Below, piece after piece: positions 17,699 to 27,448 of a stretch of DNA of 64,000 bases. Each line of letters opens with the position of its first letter. Positions within the stretch are counted from its first letter, which is position 1. The stretch is from a virus. The notes below the pieces were generated by a model. It had not been told where the DNA came from, made no database searches, and worked only from the letters and a program-made list of their open reading frames with translations. Made by a program: the position numbers and the translations under genes. The DNA lies in IMG/VR virus record IMGVR_UViG_3300047586_000066, positions 38,599 to 102,598 of that record; one strand, given 5' to 3'.

Positions 17699-18566
17699 CT
17701 CTCAGTGGTTTGCTGTAGACACCCCGAAGCAGCTTATTGATTTTATCCAGGTCCTTCGCAAACCAGAGCGGCGAAAGGTAGGCTCTGAAGTCCGGATGAA
17801 CCTGCCGGCATTTCCCTACAAAATCTTTCCAGTATTCTTCTGGGCCCCGGCCGTTCTTTGCATGAAGGTTGAAGTGATCGACCAGGAGCCGTACCTCATG
17901 AAGATCCGGACGGACTTCCATCGGCGCGAGTGGAGCGCACTCAGCATCCCAAATATCCAAGAGGCTTATTGGCGTTAAAAATGTTTGCTTTTCAGCTTGG
18001 GGAGTAAGAGGGGAAACAGAAGATAATTTATTATCTTCTGTTGAAGAGGAAAAGGAAGAGGAAGAGGGGGGATAACCACCCTGGTTAAGCAAATCCTCTA
18101 TCTTCTTTGCCCTCTTATTTTGCAGTAACACTGGATTTCCTCCCAAATGCCCGCAGACACGCCTGATTGATGCGAGTTTGGTTTCACGAACCATGCGCCG
18201 GCAGTATAGGATATTTGTTTTGGGGTCCTCACTGGCCAGACCGTAGTCGAGCAGTTTTTGGATGATTGTTTGAGCTTGGTTTAGAGGCACTCCGAGGATG
18301 TTTGCGATACCTTCCAAGGGTATCGCCTTTCCGTTCAACATCAACCTGCCCCTCTGTTCTGATTCGTTCATGGCAATCATCAGTTCCCACCAGGCGCCTT
18401 TATGAAGTAGGTCTAACGCTTGGTATCCAGCATCCTTTTTTAGGTCTCCCGGGTACACCTGAAATGAGGGCTTGTTTGGGCTATTATATTTTCCTTTACC
18501 TAGCTCTGTCGCCTGGCGCAGTACAGTCCTGATAGGGAGCTTTGTTTTACCCACAAATCCTCCCAA
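17595..18566 (-). CDS. phage replication initiator (DUF1376/YdaU-like N-terminus)
   Basis: PSFQVYPGD..GAWWELM..RGRL..RRMVR, Ser-rich linker, position before loader and helicase; GTG 18554 is an alternative start. Confidence 0.65.
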   Translation of the reverse strand: MGGFVGKTKLPIRTVLRQATELGKGKYNSPNKPSFQVYPGDLKKDAGYQALDLLHKGAWWELMIAMNESEQRGRLMLNGKAIPLEGIANILGVPLNQAQTIIQKLLDYGLASEDPKTNILYCRRMVRETKLASIRRVCGHLGGNPVLLQNKRAKKIEDLLNQGGYPPSSSSFSSSTEDNKLSSVSPLTPQAEKQTFLTPISLLDIWDAECAPLAPMEVRPDLHEVRLLVDHFNLHAKNGRGPEEYWKDFVGKCRQVHPDFRAYLSPLWFAKDLDKINKLLRGVYSKPLRDGGKDGGTKRSRLSDKGSHEPFKNEKRRGVILND

Positions 18567-19611
18567 TCATTTCTAAAAGTGAAGTATCAGGGTTAAACCA
18601 TTCTCCATCAACGAGTAGGTGCGAAAACAGTTTATGGCAGAATTGCTCTACTTCCTGAGTCCCTTCTATTGATCCCAAGAGTTTGAGCGGCAGGGCATTC
18701 GCAGTTTTAAGTTGCTTTAGCCGGGAGCGGACATCTTCTGACCACCCGATTTTGATGGGCCCATCATTCCCGGCTTGGATAAAATAAATAAATCCCCGAC
18801 TTCTCTCTAATTTAGCTCTCTTGGCGTGGTTATTTTTCCATTGTTTTTTACAGTCACCCTCTGTAATCGACTGAACCATTTCAAGTTGAGCGCATAATTC
18901 TTCATGATCCATTGTTCCTGGCCACATTGGCCAAAGAACTTGTTCATCTGTTACGGAGAGCGGCCATGTCAATCCCACGGGACCATCAGACGAAGGATGG
19001 CACTTTCTACATGGATGGTATTTGTAGCCAGAAATAATTAGCCTGTCAGGCATACCAGCAATCATCAGCTCAATCCCAGTACCACCACATACTGGGCATC
19101 CTTTGGCTGACGGGTCCTGCGTAAGGCTAGAATGGAAACTGGTTTGGATATCTAAAATATGGTTGCGAATTTCTTCATCTTGAGGATTGTCAGTCATTAC
19201 CGTTCCTGACGGTTCACCGGAGCGATCAGCGGAAGGAGCCGGTAAAGTCTCTTTGTCGTCCGAGGTCATGACCCCCGGACTATCCGCTGTCGGTTTTTCG
19301 CTTGTTGGAGAATCCGGAGTTTTTATACTCCGGGCAAAGTAGTTTTTCAACACTCCTTTTGCCCAATCCAGACCTATTTCTTTTTTTGCTTTGAGGGCAG
19401 CGTCGAGAACATATACGCAGGCAGCGCAATCCTGACCGGAGGCCGAGAACAGGTCGCTGATAAACTTCTTCTGTTCACTGTGGGATTTGACTTTGAAGAT
19501 CTTCAGATGTTTTAAGGCTTTATGGAAGCCGCGGTCTAAATCAGCTTTTCCATATTTTGACGGATCCCCAACGTCCCCGGTGGTGTTTCTCCAGTGCTCG
19601 TAGTCCGACAT
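18547..19611 (-). CDS. composite protein with C-terminal GIY-YIG (T5orf172/MUG113) domain
   Basis: GFIYFIQAG..IKIGWS..RLKQL..E..H..F..GEWF; central CPVC..CRKC. Confidence 0.75.
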   Translation of the reverse strand: MSDYEHWRNTTGDVGDPSKYGKADLDRGFHKALKHLKIFKVKSHSEQKKFISDLFSASGQDCAACVYVLDAALKAKKEIGLDWAKGVLKNYFARSIKTPDSPTSEKPTADSPGVMTSDDKETLPAPSADRSGEPSGTVMTDNPQDEEIRNHILDIQTSFHSSLTQDPSAKGCPVCGGTGIELMIAGMPDRLIISGYKYHPCRKCHPSSDGPVGLTWPLSVTDEQVLWPMWPGTMDHEELCAQLEMVQSITEGDCKKQWKNNHAKRAKLERSRGFIYFIQAGNDGPIKIGWSEDVRSRLKQLKTANALPLKLLGSIEGTQEVEQFCHKLFSHLLVDGEWFNPDTSLLEMIGRICG

Positions 19612-19850
19612 GAATCCTGCTTCGGCATATTGTCTTTTTTATTATGACAATCCACGCATAAGGGAGCGGCATTGACGAGCTCATCTCCACCCATCTGGCT
19701 GCGTTTTCGCTTGTGGTCTCTGGTCATGGAACGGCGCCGGCCGCAGGCAGCACATCGATATTCATGTGCTTCAAACAGACTTTCCCGCTGTTTATCGTAC
19801 TCCTCCCGGCTCAGTTTCACTCTCTTCTTCTTGAAGTTCGGCTCTGGCAC
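19536..19850 (-). CDS. HNH endonuclease
   Basis: CAACG..DH..RSQMGGD...N...LCVDCH. Confidence 0.8.
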   Translation of the reverse strand: MPEPNFKKKRVKLSREEYDKQRESLFEAHEYRCAACGRRRSMTRDHKRKRSQMGGDELVNAAPLCVDCHNKKDNMPKQDSCRTTSTGETPPGTLGIRQNMEKLI

Positions 19851-20595
19851 CTTCTCTACCTTTCTCAACCCAGGTAGCAAGCTGGGTGATTAGTCGGTCG
19901 TAGACTTCTGGCTTTTTCCGATCCATTTGATCCAGGAGCCTGCCAATGATACTCATGATGAAAGTATTCCTGTCGTAGATCCTTCCTTTGCCGTCATCAC
20001 GATACCCAGAAAGGAAATCCCTGGCCATGATGCAGACAGCCTCGGTCGTTTTATCTGTCTCCCCTTCCATCATGGCGATCTTCAGCGCCTCATTGAAATC
20101 GTAGATCTGTGAACCGGAGAAGGATAGGGTGACGAATGAAACCTCCTCCTTTGGAGCTGGGTTCGAAACCTCCTGATTGTGAACGACCGCCTTAACCCGT
20201 TCCTTGAAAACTACCGAATCCTCTTCCTGGGCGTGGAGGAAGTAATTGTTTGGGACCGTTCCAAACGACTTCTGAACCTTGCAGAGTTCCCGGCACTTTG
20301 CGAACCCGATCTGTTCCAGGAGCTTATGATCGTAATGGTTTAGGTTCTTGGCAATGCGGATGAGATCGTAGTAAAGGCTGCGGGAATTCTTGAAGGTTGC
20401 TTCGATATACTGGGTCTCGTCCTGATAACCGCGGCGGATCCAGTATGCGTTTTGGTAAGCCTCGAGGAGATGATTCGCCAGTGTCATCATCCTCTGTTCG
20501 ACTTTGTTTTGAAGGTCAGACTTCCAGGCTATGATTGCATCAATTTCTTTCAGGATTTGATCGGCGCGTTCGGGGTTTTCGATTACGATGTCCAT
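19792..20595 (-). CDS. hypothetical protein, possibly DNA-binding
   Basis: 267-aa helical ORF in the operon. Confidence 0.65.
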   Translation of the reverse strand: MDIVIENPERADQILKEIDAIIAWKSDLQNKVEQRMMTLANHLLEAYQNAYWIRRGYQDETQYIEATFKNSRSLYYDLIRIAKNLNHYDHKLLEQIGFAKCRELCKVQKSFGTVPNNYFLHAQEEDSVVFKERVKAVVHNQEVSNPAPKEEVSFVTLSFSGSQIYDFNEALKIAMMEGETDKTTEAVCIMARDFLSGYRDDGKGRIYDRNTFIMSIIGRLLDQMDRKKPEVYDRLITQLATWVEKGREGARAELQEEESETEPGGVR

Positions 20596-20875
20596 TGTCC
20601 AGGGCTTCCCTCGTCAAACGGCTGTAATCGGGAACTGGTAGAGAGTTCCCTTTTACAAAAGTCTCATAAGCCCCAGCGCGTGAAAGATACCCAAAGACCG
20701 GATCCCCCACCCGGCCCCGACACTTCCATAATATGATATGCAGTCTGGCGATTTCACAATCTATTCCCAGTTTTCTGCATGCCTCTCGAAACGCATCATG
20801 TTTGAAGAGTATCCTTTTTGCGCTGAGCCAGTGTGACCAAGGAGTGTCCTTGGCCAGGTAATCTTTCTCTGCCAT
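20540..20875 (-). CDS. hypothetical protein (start uncertain)
   Basis: fills the gap downstream of ssb. Confidence 0.4.
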   Translation of the reverse strand: MAEKDYLAKDTPWSHWLSAKRILFKHDAFREACRKLGIDCEIARLHIILWKCRGRVGDPVFGYLSRAGAYETFVKGNSLPVPDYSRLTREALDNGHRNRKPRTRRSNPERN

Positions 20876-20915
20876 TCGGATGATGTCAATCAAAATCCGA
20901 AACCTGGCAATTTGA

Positions 20916-21368
20916 TCAGAATGGGATGTCGTCGTCGCTGATTCCTGCGCTTCCGAATCCATCATCATAGGGCTCGGAACGCTCGGTAGGTGCTGGACTT
21001 GGAGCGCGGTTGTCATTCTCTTCCTGCTTCGGGCGCGATGTTCCCGCGGTTCTGAATTTTGATGCGATGATTTCGACGGATGTCTTCTCGGTCCCGTCCC
21101 TGCCGGTATATTTACGAATCGAAAGGGAACCCTTGATATCGACGAACGATCCCTTTTGAAGCAACTTATAACAGAGCTCCGCCAGCTTGTCAAACGCAAC
21201 CACATTCAGCCACAGAGTCTTTTCCTTAAGATCTCCGTCTTTTGTACTATACGATTCGTTTACGGCGATAGAGAAGTTGGTGACTTCCTGACCGCCCTGA
21301 GTGAATTTGTGCTCCGGATCTCGCCCGAGATGACCAGTAAAGTGGCAGTCGTTAAAATCTAAACCCAT
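20916..21368 (-). CDS. ssb: single-stranded DNA-binding protein
   Basis: GHLGRDPE, FSIAVNE, LQKGS, acidic DDDIPF tail. Confidence 0.96.
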   Translation of the reverse strand: MGLDFNDCHFTGHLGRDPEHKFTQGGQEVTNFSIAVNESYSTKDGDLKEKTLWLNVVAFDKLAELCYKLLQKGSFVDIKGSLSIRKYTGRDGTEKTSVEIIASKFRTAGTSRPKQEENDNRAPSPAPTERSEPYDDGFGSAGISDDDIPF

Positions 21369-21378
21369 TAGAATCTCC

Positions 21379-23577
21379 TTATGAAATAATCTCTGCAATT
21401 CCGTTGTTCAAATTGATTCGTGAATCCGCAAGATCCTGGACTCGGGTTTGATGCGCGATGAAGAACACCTTCAGGAAGTGGCCTATCTCTCTGGCCCGGC
21501 GCAGCATTTGAATATACTTCGGAGCCGCAATGTCATCCAGAGCGCCAGATACTTCGTCGCGCCACAGGCTCTCCCAGGCTATGCCGTTTTTGGATTTGTT
21601 AAAGATTGCGACTGCGAGACCGAGTGCTTCCGAGACAACCACCTTCTCGCCGCCGCTCAACTCAGACACGCTGCCCTCGCGCCCGCGCTCAGTGTCCATA
21701 ACAACGGCGTCGAACTCGTCCTTGTAGCCCGATCCGTCAGCCAAGAGCTTCTGGGTGATCAACTTCAAACTGAACCTGGCGCCGTAGCAGGCGAACAGCA
21801 ATTCATTGGCATAGGCGCTGACCGTGGGACCGGCCGCGTCGATCTCCAGACTTTGAATTCCATTAGGCCCGAACGCAGTTTCGAGTAATGCCCATTGGCG
21901 CCGATCGGTTTCCTTGTTTCGGATCTCTACCAGGAGTCCGGCAAGCTCCTGTTGGGCTTCATCCGCCTGCTTGTAGAGAAGCTCAGCCTGATGGATATTA
22001 TTGAATAGGTTTTCCCGCTGAGTCTTAGTGATCACCAGGTCTCTTTGGGCATTGGAAAGATGCATGACAGCGATCTCGCGCTTGCTGTCTGAATCCTTCG
22101 CGGTCGCCCATTCGGATTCAGCGTCGGTTAAGGATGCGGTCGTACCGATGATGCTTTCGTCAATCGCCTTGATCTGGTTTGCCAGCTCAGCGACCAGAGC
22201 TTCCGCGTATGCGACTCGAGCTCCCCGCGCAGCTATCGGCTCTAGACTTTTACTCTGGAACTCTGCCGTCGATATTGTGGACTCGATGGATTGCATTTGA
22301 GCGTCAAGATTAGCGATGAGTCCTTTGTTCGGCGCAATAAGAGCTTTCTGGTCATCTTGGATTCGGAGCATGGCCTGCTTGTGGTTCAGGATGTCCACTT
22401 CATAGGCTTCCATCTTCTCCTTTTCCTCAACGGCTCTCAGGAGGAACTGGCATTTTGCAAAATCGCCTTCGCCCTTGCAGGGAACCTCTTCCATGAGTGC
22501 GGCAGCTTGCTCAGCGTCAACCTTCAGCTTCTCAGCCGCTTTCATCGCACCCTGTTCTTTAAGCCAGTTCAGCCGCATTTCGGAAACACTCGTATCATAT
22601 CTTTCCTTCTGGCTGGCCGCTTCACGCCGCTGCCCTGTCAACTGGCTCAGAAGTTTGCGCTGCTTCTCGATCTCTCCGCGAAGAATTATGATCTGTTCGC
22701 TGGCATGTTTGATCTTCGGGGCTTCCTCCAAGAGTTTCTGATTGAGCATCTTTCTCGTCGCCAGATCTGTCGTTTGTTTTGTGGCGTAATCCAGCTTTTT
22801 CCGTAGCTCATTTAACCGCTTGACGATCTCCTCGACCATAGAGGCTTTTGCTTTCAGGACCCCGACCTCTTCCTTGAGCTTGTCCATGCGGGCCTCCTGT
22901 TCGAAGATGGAAGCCGAGAACTCTTCGTTTTTCTTTCTCATTGCATCGAGGTCCGGAAGAACCTGCTTTGCTACAGCATCAAGCTGCTGTTCCTTGAATC
23001 TCATTTGTTCGAGAGCATTGTCTGTAGTGAAAACTCCAGCTCCCGCCAGCTTGGAAATCTGTCCGAGCTTCTCCAGGTTAAGCATGCCGAGGAACAGCCG
23101 CTTACGTTCGATCTTCTCCAGGTCCAGGAAGTTTCCCTGCTTGGTCTGAGCCGCAAATGAGCTGGCAAGGACCATAGCCGAATCGCCGAACAGCTTCTCT
23201 ATGACCTTATCGAAATCCTTGTTCTTGCCCGTGATCCCTTTGTATGGCTGAGGCTCCCCATCAAAAGTAAATCCGTACAGGAACGACTCCATCTCCTTTT
23301 GAACTGCATCGATGTTGAGCAGAGTCCGGTACTGCTCCCCGTGCCAATCGAAATCGAATTCGATTTTTGCATCCTTCCCGTGGCATGAGGCATAGATCCC
23401 AGCCGGCCGCGAGGGGAACGTCCGATAGAGCGATGCAAACACCGACTCGATAAGGGATGTCTTTCCCTGGCCATTGAGTCCGGTGACTGCAATGAGATCA
23501 CCGGGAATCTTGTCGAAATCGACTTCAACGTCCTTAAGGACAGTGACGCCCCTAACCTTCAGTTTCTTCGGTATCAT
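21379..23577 (-). CDS. sbcC: SbcC/Rad50-like ATPase
   Basis: GLNGQGKTS, coiled coil with central Cys pair, LSGGE, DEVSGALD, IAH. Confidence 0.9.
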   Translation of the reverse strand: MIPKKLKVRGVTVLKDVEVDFDKIPGDLIAVTGLNGQGKTSLIESVFASLYRTFPSRPAGIYASCHGKDAKIEFDFDWHGEQYRTLLNIDAVQKEMESFLYGFTFDGEPQPYKGITGKNKDFDKVIEKLFGDSAMVLASSFAAQTKQGNFLDLEKIERKRLFLGMLNLEKLGQISKLAGAGVFTTDNALEQMRFKEQQLDAVAKQVLPDLDAMRKKNEEFSASIFEQEARMDKLKEEVGVLKAKASMVEEIVKRLNELRKKLDYATKQTTDLATRKMLNQKLLEEAPKIKHASEQIIILRGEIEKQRKLLSQLTGQRREAASQKERYDTSVSEMRLNWLKEQGAMKAAEKLKVDAEQAAALMEEVPCKGEGDFAKCQFLLRAVEEKEKMEAYEVDILNHKQAMLRIQDDQKALIAPNKGLIANLDAQMQSIESTISTAEFQSKSLEPIAARGARVAYAEALVAELANQIKAIDESIIGTTASLTDAESEWATAKDSDSKREIAVMHLSNAQRDLVITKTQRENLFNNIHQAELLYKQADEAQQELAGLLVEIRNKETDRRQWALLETAFGPNGIQSLEIDAAGPTVSAYANELLFACYGARFSLKLITQKLLADGSGYKDEFDAVVMDTERGREGSVSELSGGEKVVVSEALGLAVAIFNKSKNGIAWESLWRDEVSGALDDIAAPKYIQMLRRAREIGHFLKVFFIAHQTRVQDLADSRINLNNGIAEIIS

Positions 23578-24241
23578 TCGTGCTCTCCATCGGAAGTTCC
23601 GGGTTGCTGTTTTCAGGTATCACTCGCACGATTCGAACGCGATCACCCAGACTCTTAGCTAGGTTTTTGGCCTTCTCCGGCAGCTCATCTTCTTTGTCGG
23701 TGTCGACGACCAACTCAACGCGCTTCGGCCGGAACGATGTGAAGATTCCAGGGACGAATCCTGGCTTAGCTTCCAGGTTTTCAGCCGCGAGAGTATGAAT
23801 AGCTTTCTTATGAGCCAAGTAGACAACAGTCAGACCCACTTCGAAGCCGTGAGGTATGGAAGAAATGCGCTTCGAGATCCCCCTTTCCCGAGCTTCTTTC
23901 ATAAAATCCGCGGTTGAGTAGAACTTCTCTCCCACCCATAGAAGCCCCTGCCTGCCTTCCACTGGGTTACAGACATCACAGGTAAGGCAGCTATGTCCCG
24001 GGGCCGCTTGGGTACAAAGCGGCCAGTTCGCCGGAGCCATAATTATGCTGGGCTCAATCCAGGTGAAGCCACGGGAAAACTTAATCCCCTGGCTGCATGT
24101 CGGACAGCATGCCAGCGGGAATGGTAATCGTTCGCACGATTCGAAGATCCCCTCTCCTATAAAGTAGATTCCAACACCATCTGGTCCTGAATGGCGGAAG
24201 CCGCAACCCCGCGCTTTCTCTCTTACAGTTTCGATCTCCAT
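23552..24241 (-). CDS. Cys-rich hypothetical protein
   Basis: RGCGFR, CPTC, LLWVGEKFY; between sbcD and sbcC. Confidence 0.65.
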   Translation of the reverse strand: MEIETVREKARGCGFRHSGPDGVGIYFIGEGIFESCERLPFPLACCPTCSQGIKFSRGFTWIEPSIIMAPANWPLCTQAAPGHSCLTCDVCNPVEGRQGLLWVGEKFYSTADFMKEARERGISKRISSIPHGFEVGLTVVYLAHKKAIHTLAAENLEAKPGFVPGIFTSFRPKRVELVVDTDKEDELPEKAKNLAKSLGDRVRIVRVIPENSNPELPMESTNDTEETEG

Positions 24242-25380
24242 TGATCCTCCAGTTGTCTCAGTTTCTCTTTCATCCCAGCCTGGTCTTCTTCACTGGGATA
24301 ATTGTTGGTTGCTTTCCAGTAGGCTTCGAGCTTTTGCTCCAGCGTATCCGCCTTCGCAATATCGGCAGCTCGAACCGCTTCTTTTGGCTGTACCTGCGGC
24401 TCGACTTTCGCCTCGAGGGCCCCCAGCTCCATGAGCACTCGCTCGAGTTCGGCTTTGGCGAACCCTATATCATCTCCCTCATCGACTTTCAGGAGGACTC
24501 GGACCCGAGCGCCTTTGATCCTGGCTGGCTCGTAGATTCCTGTTTCAATGAATTCTCCTTTTTTCCAGACGTATTCCATCGAGTATCGATCAACGACATC
24601 CAGCTTGATCCATTCGATGGTACCGGCGTCGGTGTCGAGAACGGAGCAATACTTCTCCGGGTGCTCTCCATAATCGAGCGCAGCAGGGGAACCGTTGTAG
24701 AAATAGGGCCCACATAAATCAGGAAACTGCTGCCTCAGATGAATATGTCCGAAGATGCCAGCGAAGAAGCCAGCTTCCATCAGGTCATACTGCCCGAACT
24801 TCACGCCCTCACCCTTGAATGGCTGGTGATTCTCCAGCGTAGCGCCGTCGATTACAAGATGGCTGACGAGAATGTGTTTGTCGCTTTCCTCGGCACCTGG
24901 TTTTAGCTTTGCCAAGTAGATCGATTGCAACAAGTAATCCATCGCCAGTTTCGAGACTGCCTTGTCGCCATCTTCCTTTGACATTCCTGGATGAGCGGAA
25001 ATCCATGACGACTTTGTGAACCAAGGCAAAATGTGGAGAACGCAATCAGGCCCGAACAGACCAGGGTAGAAGATATGCGGCGATGAAAATACCTTAATCG
25101 GATACTTCGATTTGATTTCTCCAAAGATGTCCAGATCGCCGGGCTCATCGTGGTTTCCGTAACAGATGACAACGGGCGCAACCTCCGCCATGTCGTGCAC
25201 TAGTGCACGGAGGAGATTGCGCCCTTCGGGTGTTGATTTGCGATCGAACAGATCGCCGGGGAGAGCGATCAGGTTTACTTTCCTGACCGCGAAGTGCTGG
25301 ATGATTTGTCGCACAGAAATAGTTATGTCGGCGTCCAGACCGCAGTCCAGATGCCAATCGCCGGATGAGCCTATTAACAA
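24223..25380 (-). CDS. sbcD: SbcD/Mre11-like nuclease
   Basis: DWH, GDLFD, GNHD, GHIH, GSP. Confidence 0.92.
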   Translation of the reverse strand: MLIGSSGDWHLDCGLDADITISVRQIIQHFAVRKVNLIALPGDLFDRKSTPEGRNLLRALVHDMAEVAPVVICYGNHDEPGDLDIFGEIKSKYPIKVFSSPHIFYPGLFGPDCVLHILPWFTKSSWISAHPGMSKEDGDKAVSKLAMDYLLQSIYLAKLKPGAEESDKHILVSHLVIDGATLENHQPFKGEGVKFGQYDLMEAGFFAGIFGHIHLRQQFPDLCGPYFYNGSPAALDYGEHPEKYCSVLDTDAGTIEWIKLDVVDRYSMEYVWKKGEFIETGIYEPARIKGARVRVLLKVDEGDDIGFAKAELERVLMELGALEAKVEPQVQPKEAVRAADIAKADTLEQKLEAYWKATNNYPSEEDQAGMKEKLRQLEDQWRSKL

Positions 25381-25395
25381 GAGGGAGTCTCCTTT

Positions 25396-25608
25396 CTAAT
25401 TTTCATTGTACCTATAGTTCCAGTTTTTCAGAGCACGTTTGCGAGTCGATCCGCATACTGAGGGAGTGACAAGGCAAATCTCACTCTCACAAGAAACCAT
25501 TCGTTTTAATGGTCCGCCTCCATGCCACGGCTGGATGACAGGCTGTGAGCCGCAGAATGGACACGGCTTAGCCTCACAGGTACTCAAAACCTTCATATTA
25601 GATTGCAT
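25396..25608 (-). CDS. Lar-family restriction-alleviation-like Zn protein
   Basis: KPCPFCGS..C....C..A...WN. Confidence 0.65.
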   Translation of the reverse strand: MQSNMKVLSTCEAKPCPFCGSQPVIQPWHGGGPLKRMVSCESEICLVTPSVCGSTRKRALKNWNYRYNEN

Positions 25609-26696
25609 TATAGGATGTCCTTTTTCTGAAGATCCGGCAGCGCCGACAGAGCTTTCTCGATCTCGGTAAGGTCGGAATCGTTAAGCCCTGTGAGCGGCGG
25701 TTTCGTCGGACTCAGTATCTCTCTTGTGGTTCCCTTCTTTGCAAGATAGAGAACTTCGATGCTTTTGACCAGGGCTTCTCTCTCTGCCCAATACTTCTTC
25801 TGTTCTATTTCGTCCGGATCTTCATATTCCCCTGTTACCGGATCTACAACACCGGGAAGATCGACGGGCCCCGAGACTGGCGGCAGAGCGGCCGGAGGCT
25901 CGGTGATCGATTCCGTGAGGCGTCTCATCGACTCTGCCTCGACCTGCATCAGTCCGAAGAGTTCCTTCTCGATGCCCATCTGCTTCGCGGCCATGATGGT
26001 ATCGAGTTTCTTTTTAATCTCCGGATCGATCTTGTCGATGTTGAACTGCATCTTGAGAACGATGAACGGCTTCTCGAGGTCGGCGATCGTGTAAGAGGAC
26101 TGGATCCCCAAGAGCGACCGGAGAACTCTCAGCTTGCATTTGGTGATAGTGAGCTGCTCGATGTTCTGTCGGACTTTCGGGAGTTCCTTTTCCGTCTTCG
26201 CCAATGCTTGCGGACTTCCGTCTCTCAGGTCATATCCAAAGCCATCGCTGGCGCTTCGGATCTGGCCATCGATATCACGGATGTACCCCGTTGCCTGATA
26301 GCGGCAGACGTACATATCCTTGCCGTCATCAGTTCGGCGTACCGTAGAAACTCCTGTGCGCGGATCTTCCCATGTAACGCCGGCAAGCTGCTCAAGCCTC
26401 CAGAGCCCGATCTTGGTCAGAGCGAGTCTCGGGGTTCCTTGGATGTTGTAGACCTCCTGATCGGGATAAATGGTGTATCCCTTGGCATCCTTCTCGGAGC
26501 GCGTGGAGATCTTGTATTGATGGAAGTAAACGTCCCAGCCGTTTGGGATCATTGGGACATTGGACCTGGCGAATGGCGTCAGAATGTGGGCTTTGTCTCT
26601 GACCTCTACCAGGAATTTTTGAACTATTGCTAAATCGTGGGCAACTACTGTGCGGAGCGCAATGGCTTGACTGTTGTCAGGCATGCAACCCTCCAA
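25608..26696 (-). CDS. hypothetical protein, candidate single-strand annealing protein
   Basis: first gene of the recombination operon, 362 aa; function inferred from position only. Confidence 0.5.
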   Translation of the reverse strand: MEGCMPDNSQAIALRTVVAHDLAIVQKFLVEVRDKAHILTPFARSNVPMIPNGWDVYFHQYKISTRSEKDAKGYTIYPDQEVYNIQGTPRLALTKIGLWRLEQLAGVTWEDPRTGVSTVRRTDDGKDMYVCRYQATGYIRDIDGQIRSASDGFGYDLRDGSPQALAKTEKELPKVRQNIEQLTITKCKLRVLRSLLGIQSSYTIADLEKPFIVLKMQFNIDKIDPEIKKKLDTIMAAKQMGIEKELFGLMQVEAESMRRLTESITEPPAALPPVSGPVDLPGVVDPVTGEYEDPDEIEQKKYWAEREALVKSIEVLYLAKKGTTREILSPTKPPLTGLNDSDLTEIEKALSALPDLQKKDIL

Positions 26697-26754
26697 TGAA
26701 CGAAAACGTTAGGTACTTCCGTAAGTGACAGAGGGTCTCTTACTAGATGATTTT

Positions 26755-26783
26755 ACTCTACAATCGAAGGAAATTGTTGTCAA
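26755..26783 (-). promoter_or_regulatory. sigma70-type promoter of the replication/recombination operon
   Basis: TTGACA-17 nt-TAGAGT on the minus strand. Confidence 0.7.
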
Positions 26784-26788
26784 GAGAA

Positions 26789-26831
26789 AATATTCTGCCG
26801 CACCAGATTTTCCCCAATGCGGCAAAATATT
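26789..26831 (-). terminator. inverted repeat at the end of the late operon
   Basis: AATATTCTGCCGCA...TGCGGCAAAATATT immediately after the stop at 26833. Confidence 0.5.
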
Positions 26832-26832
26832 G

Positions 26833-27138
26833 CTAAGGCAGAACCTTTAAGAGAACGCTTTTGATCTTGGAGAGCTTCGTTACCTTCGCGTGGGCGTCGG
26901 TCGAGTCACCCTTTGCTCCAACGACGTTTGTAATCGAGGTTACCGATCCCGAGACAGTTGCAAATCGGCCGCTGAATTCAACGGTGTCCAGCGCGAAGAT
27001 AAGGACCCTGGTTTTCCCATTCACCTGATTCGTTGAGAGGCTCTTGTGAACAGACGGATCGATCTGAACAGAAACCCCAGGATCGATATCAAATTGCAAG
27101 GTCGATACCGGAGGGCTGACGTACAGGAATGTAGCCAT
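26833..27138 (-). CDS. cohesin-like small beta protein
   Basis: STLQFDI..KSLSTN..RVLIF..SG..ATV..ITNVV resembles cohesin strands; 101 aa. Confidence 0.45.
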   Translation of the reverse strand: MATFLYVSPPVSTLQFDIDPGVSVQIDPSVHKSLSTNQVNGKTRVLIFALDTVEFSGRFATVSGSVTSITNVVGAKGDSTDAHAKVTKLSKIKSVLLKVLP

Positions 27139-27160
27139 GAGTACCCCCGCCATCAAAAGG

Positions 27161-27439
27161 TTAAGCAATGGTGATGCTGATCGACACATTGATGACCTTC
27201 CCGCAGACTGGAGGCGTGGAGGCTGGATCCGACACCGGCCCTGGACCCCAGATATTAGACGCCTGGACCGTGTAAGCATGGACTCCGGGCGTGACATTCG
27301 GAATGGAAGCGGACTCGCTTGTGGCCCCCGCGGTCGGGTTGACGGTCGCAGCAAGAACGCCATCCTGGAAGACGTCGTACTTGGTGACTTGTTCATCGGC
27401 CGGTGCGGCCGGGAAGGTGACATTTACGGTTGCTGACAT
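27161..27439 (-). CDS. fibronectin type III-like protein
   Basis: VTKYDVFQDG..PGVHAYTVQASNIWGPGPVS. Confidence 0.7.
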   Translation of the reverse strand: MSATVNVTFPAAPADEQVTKYDVFQDGVLAATVNPTAGATSESASIPNVTPGVHAYTVQASNIWGPGPVSDPASTPPVCGKVINVSISITIA

Positions 27440-27448
27440 GTGAAACTC

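Noticed and set aside
18000-18130. Iteron-type origin inside the initiator gene
   Set aside because: AT-rich and GAAGAG-rich, but explained by a poly-Ser linker; no clear iteron set
26833-27423. 196-aa version of the last late gene
   Set aside because: Its N-terminal half overlaps the FN3 gene in another frame; ATG 27138 is the more plausible start
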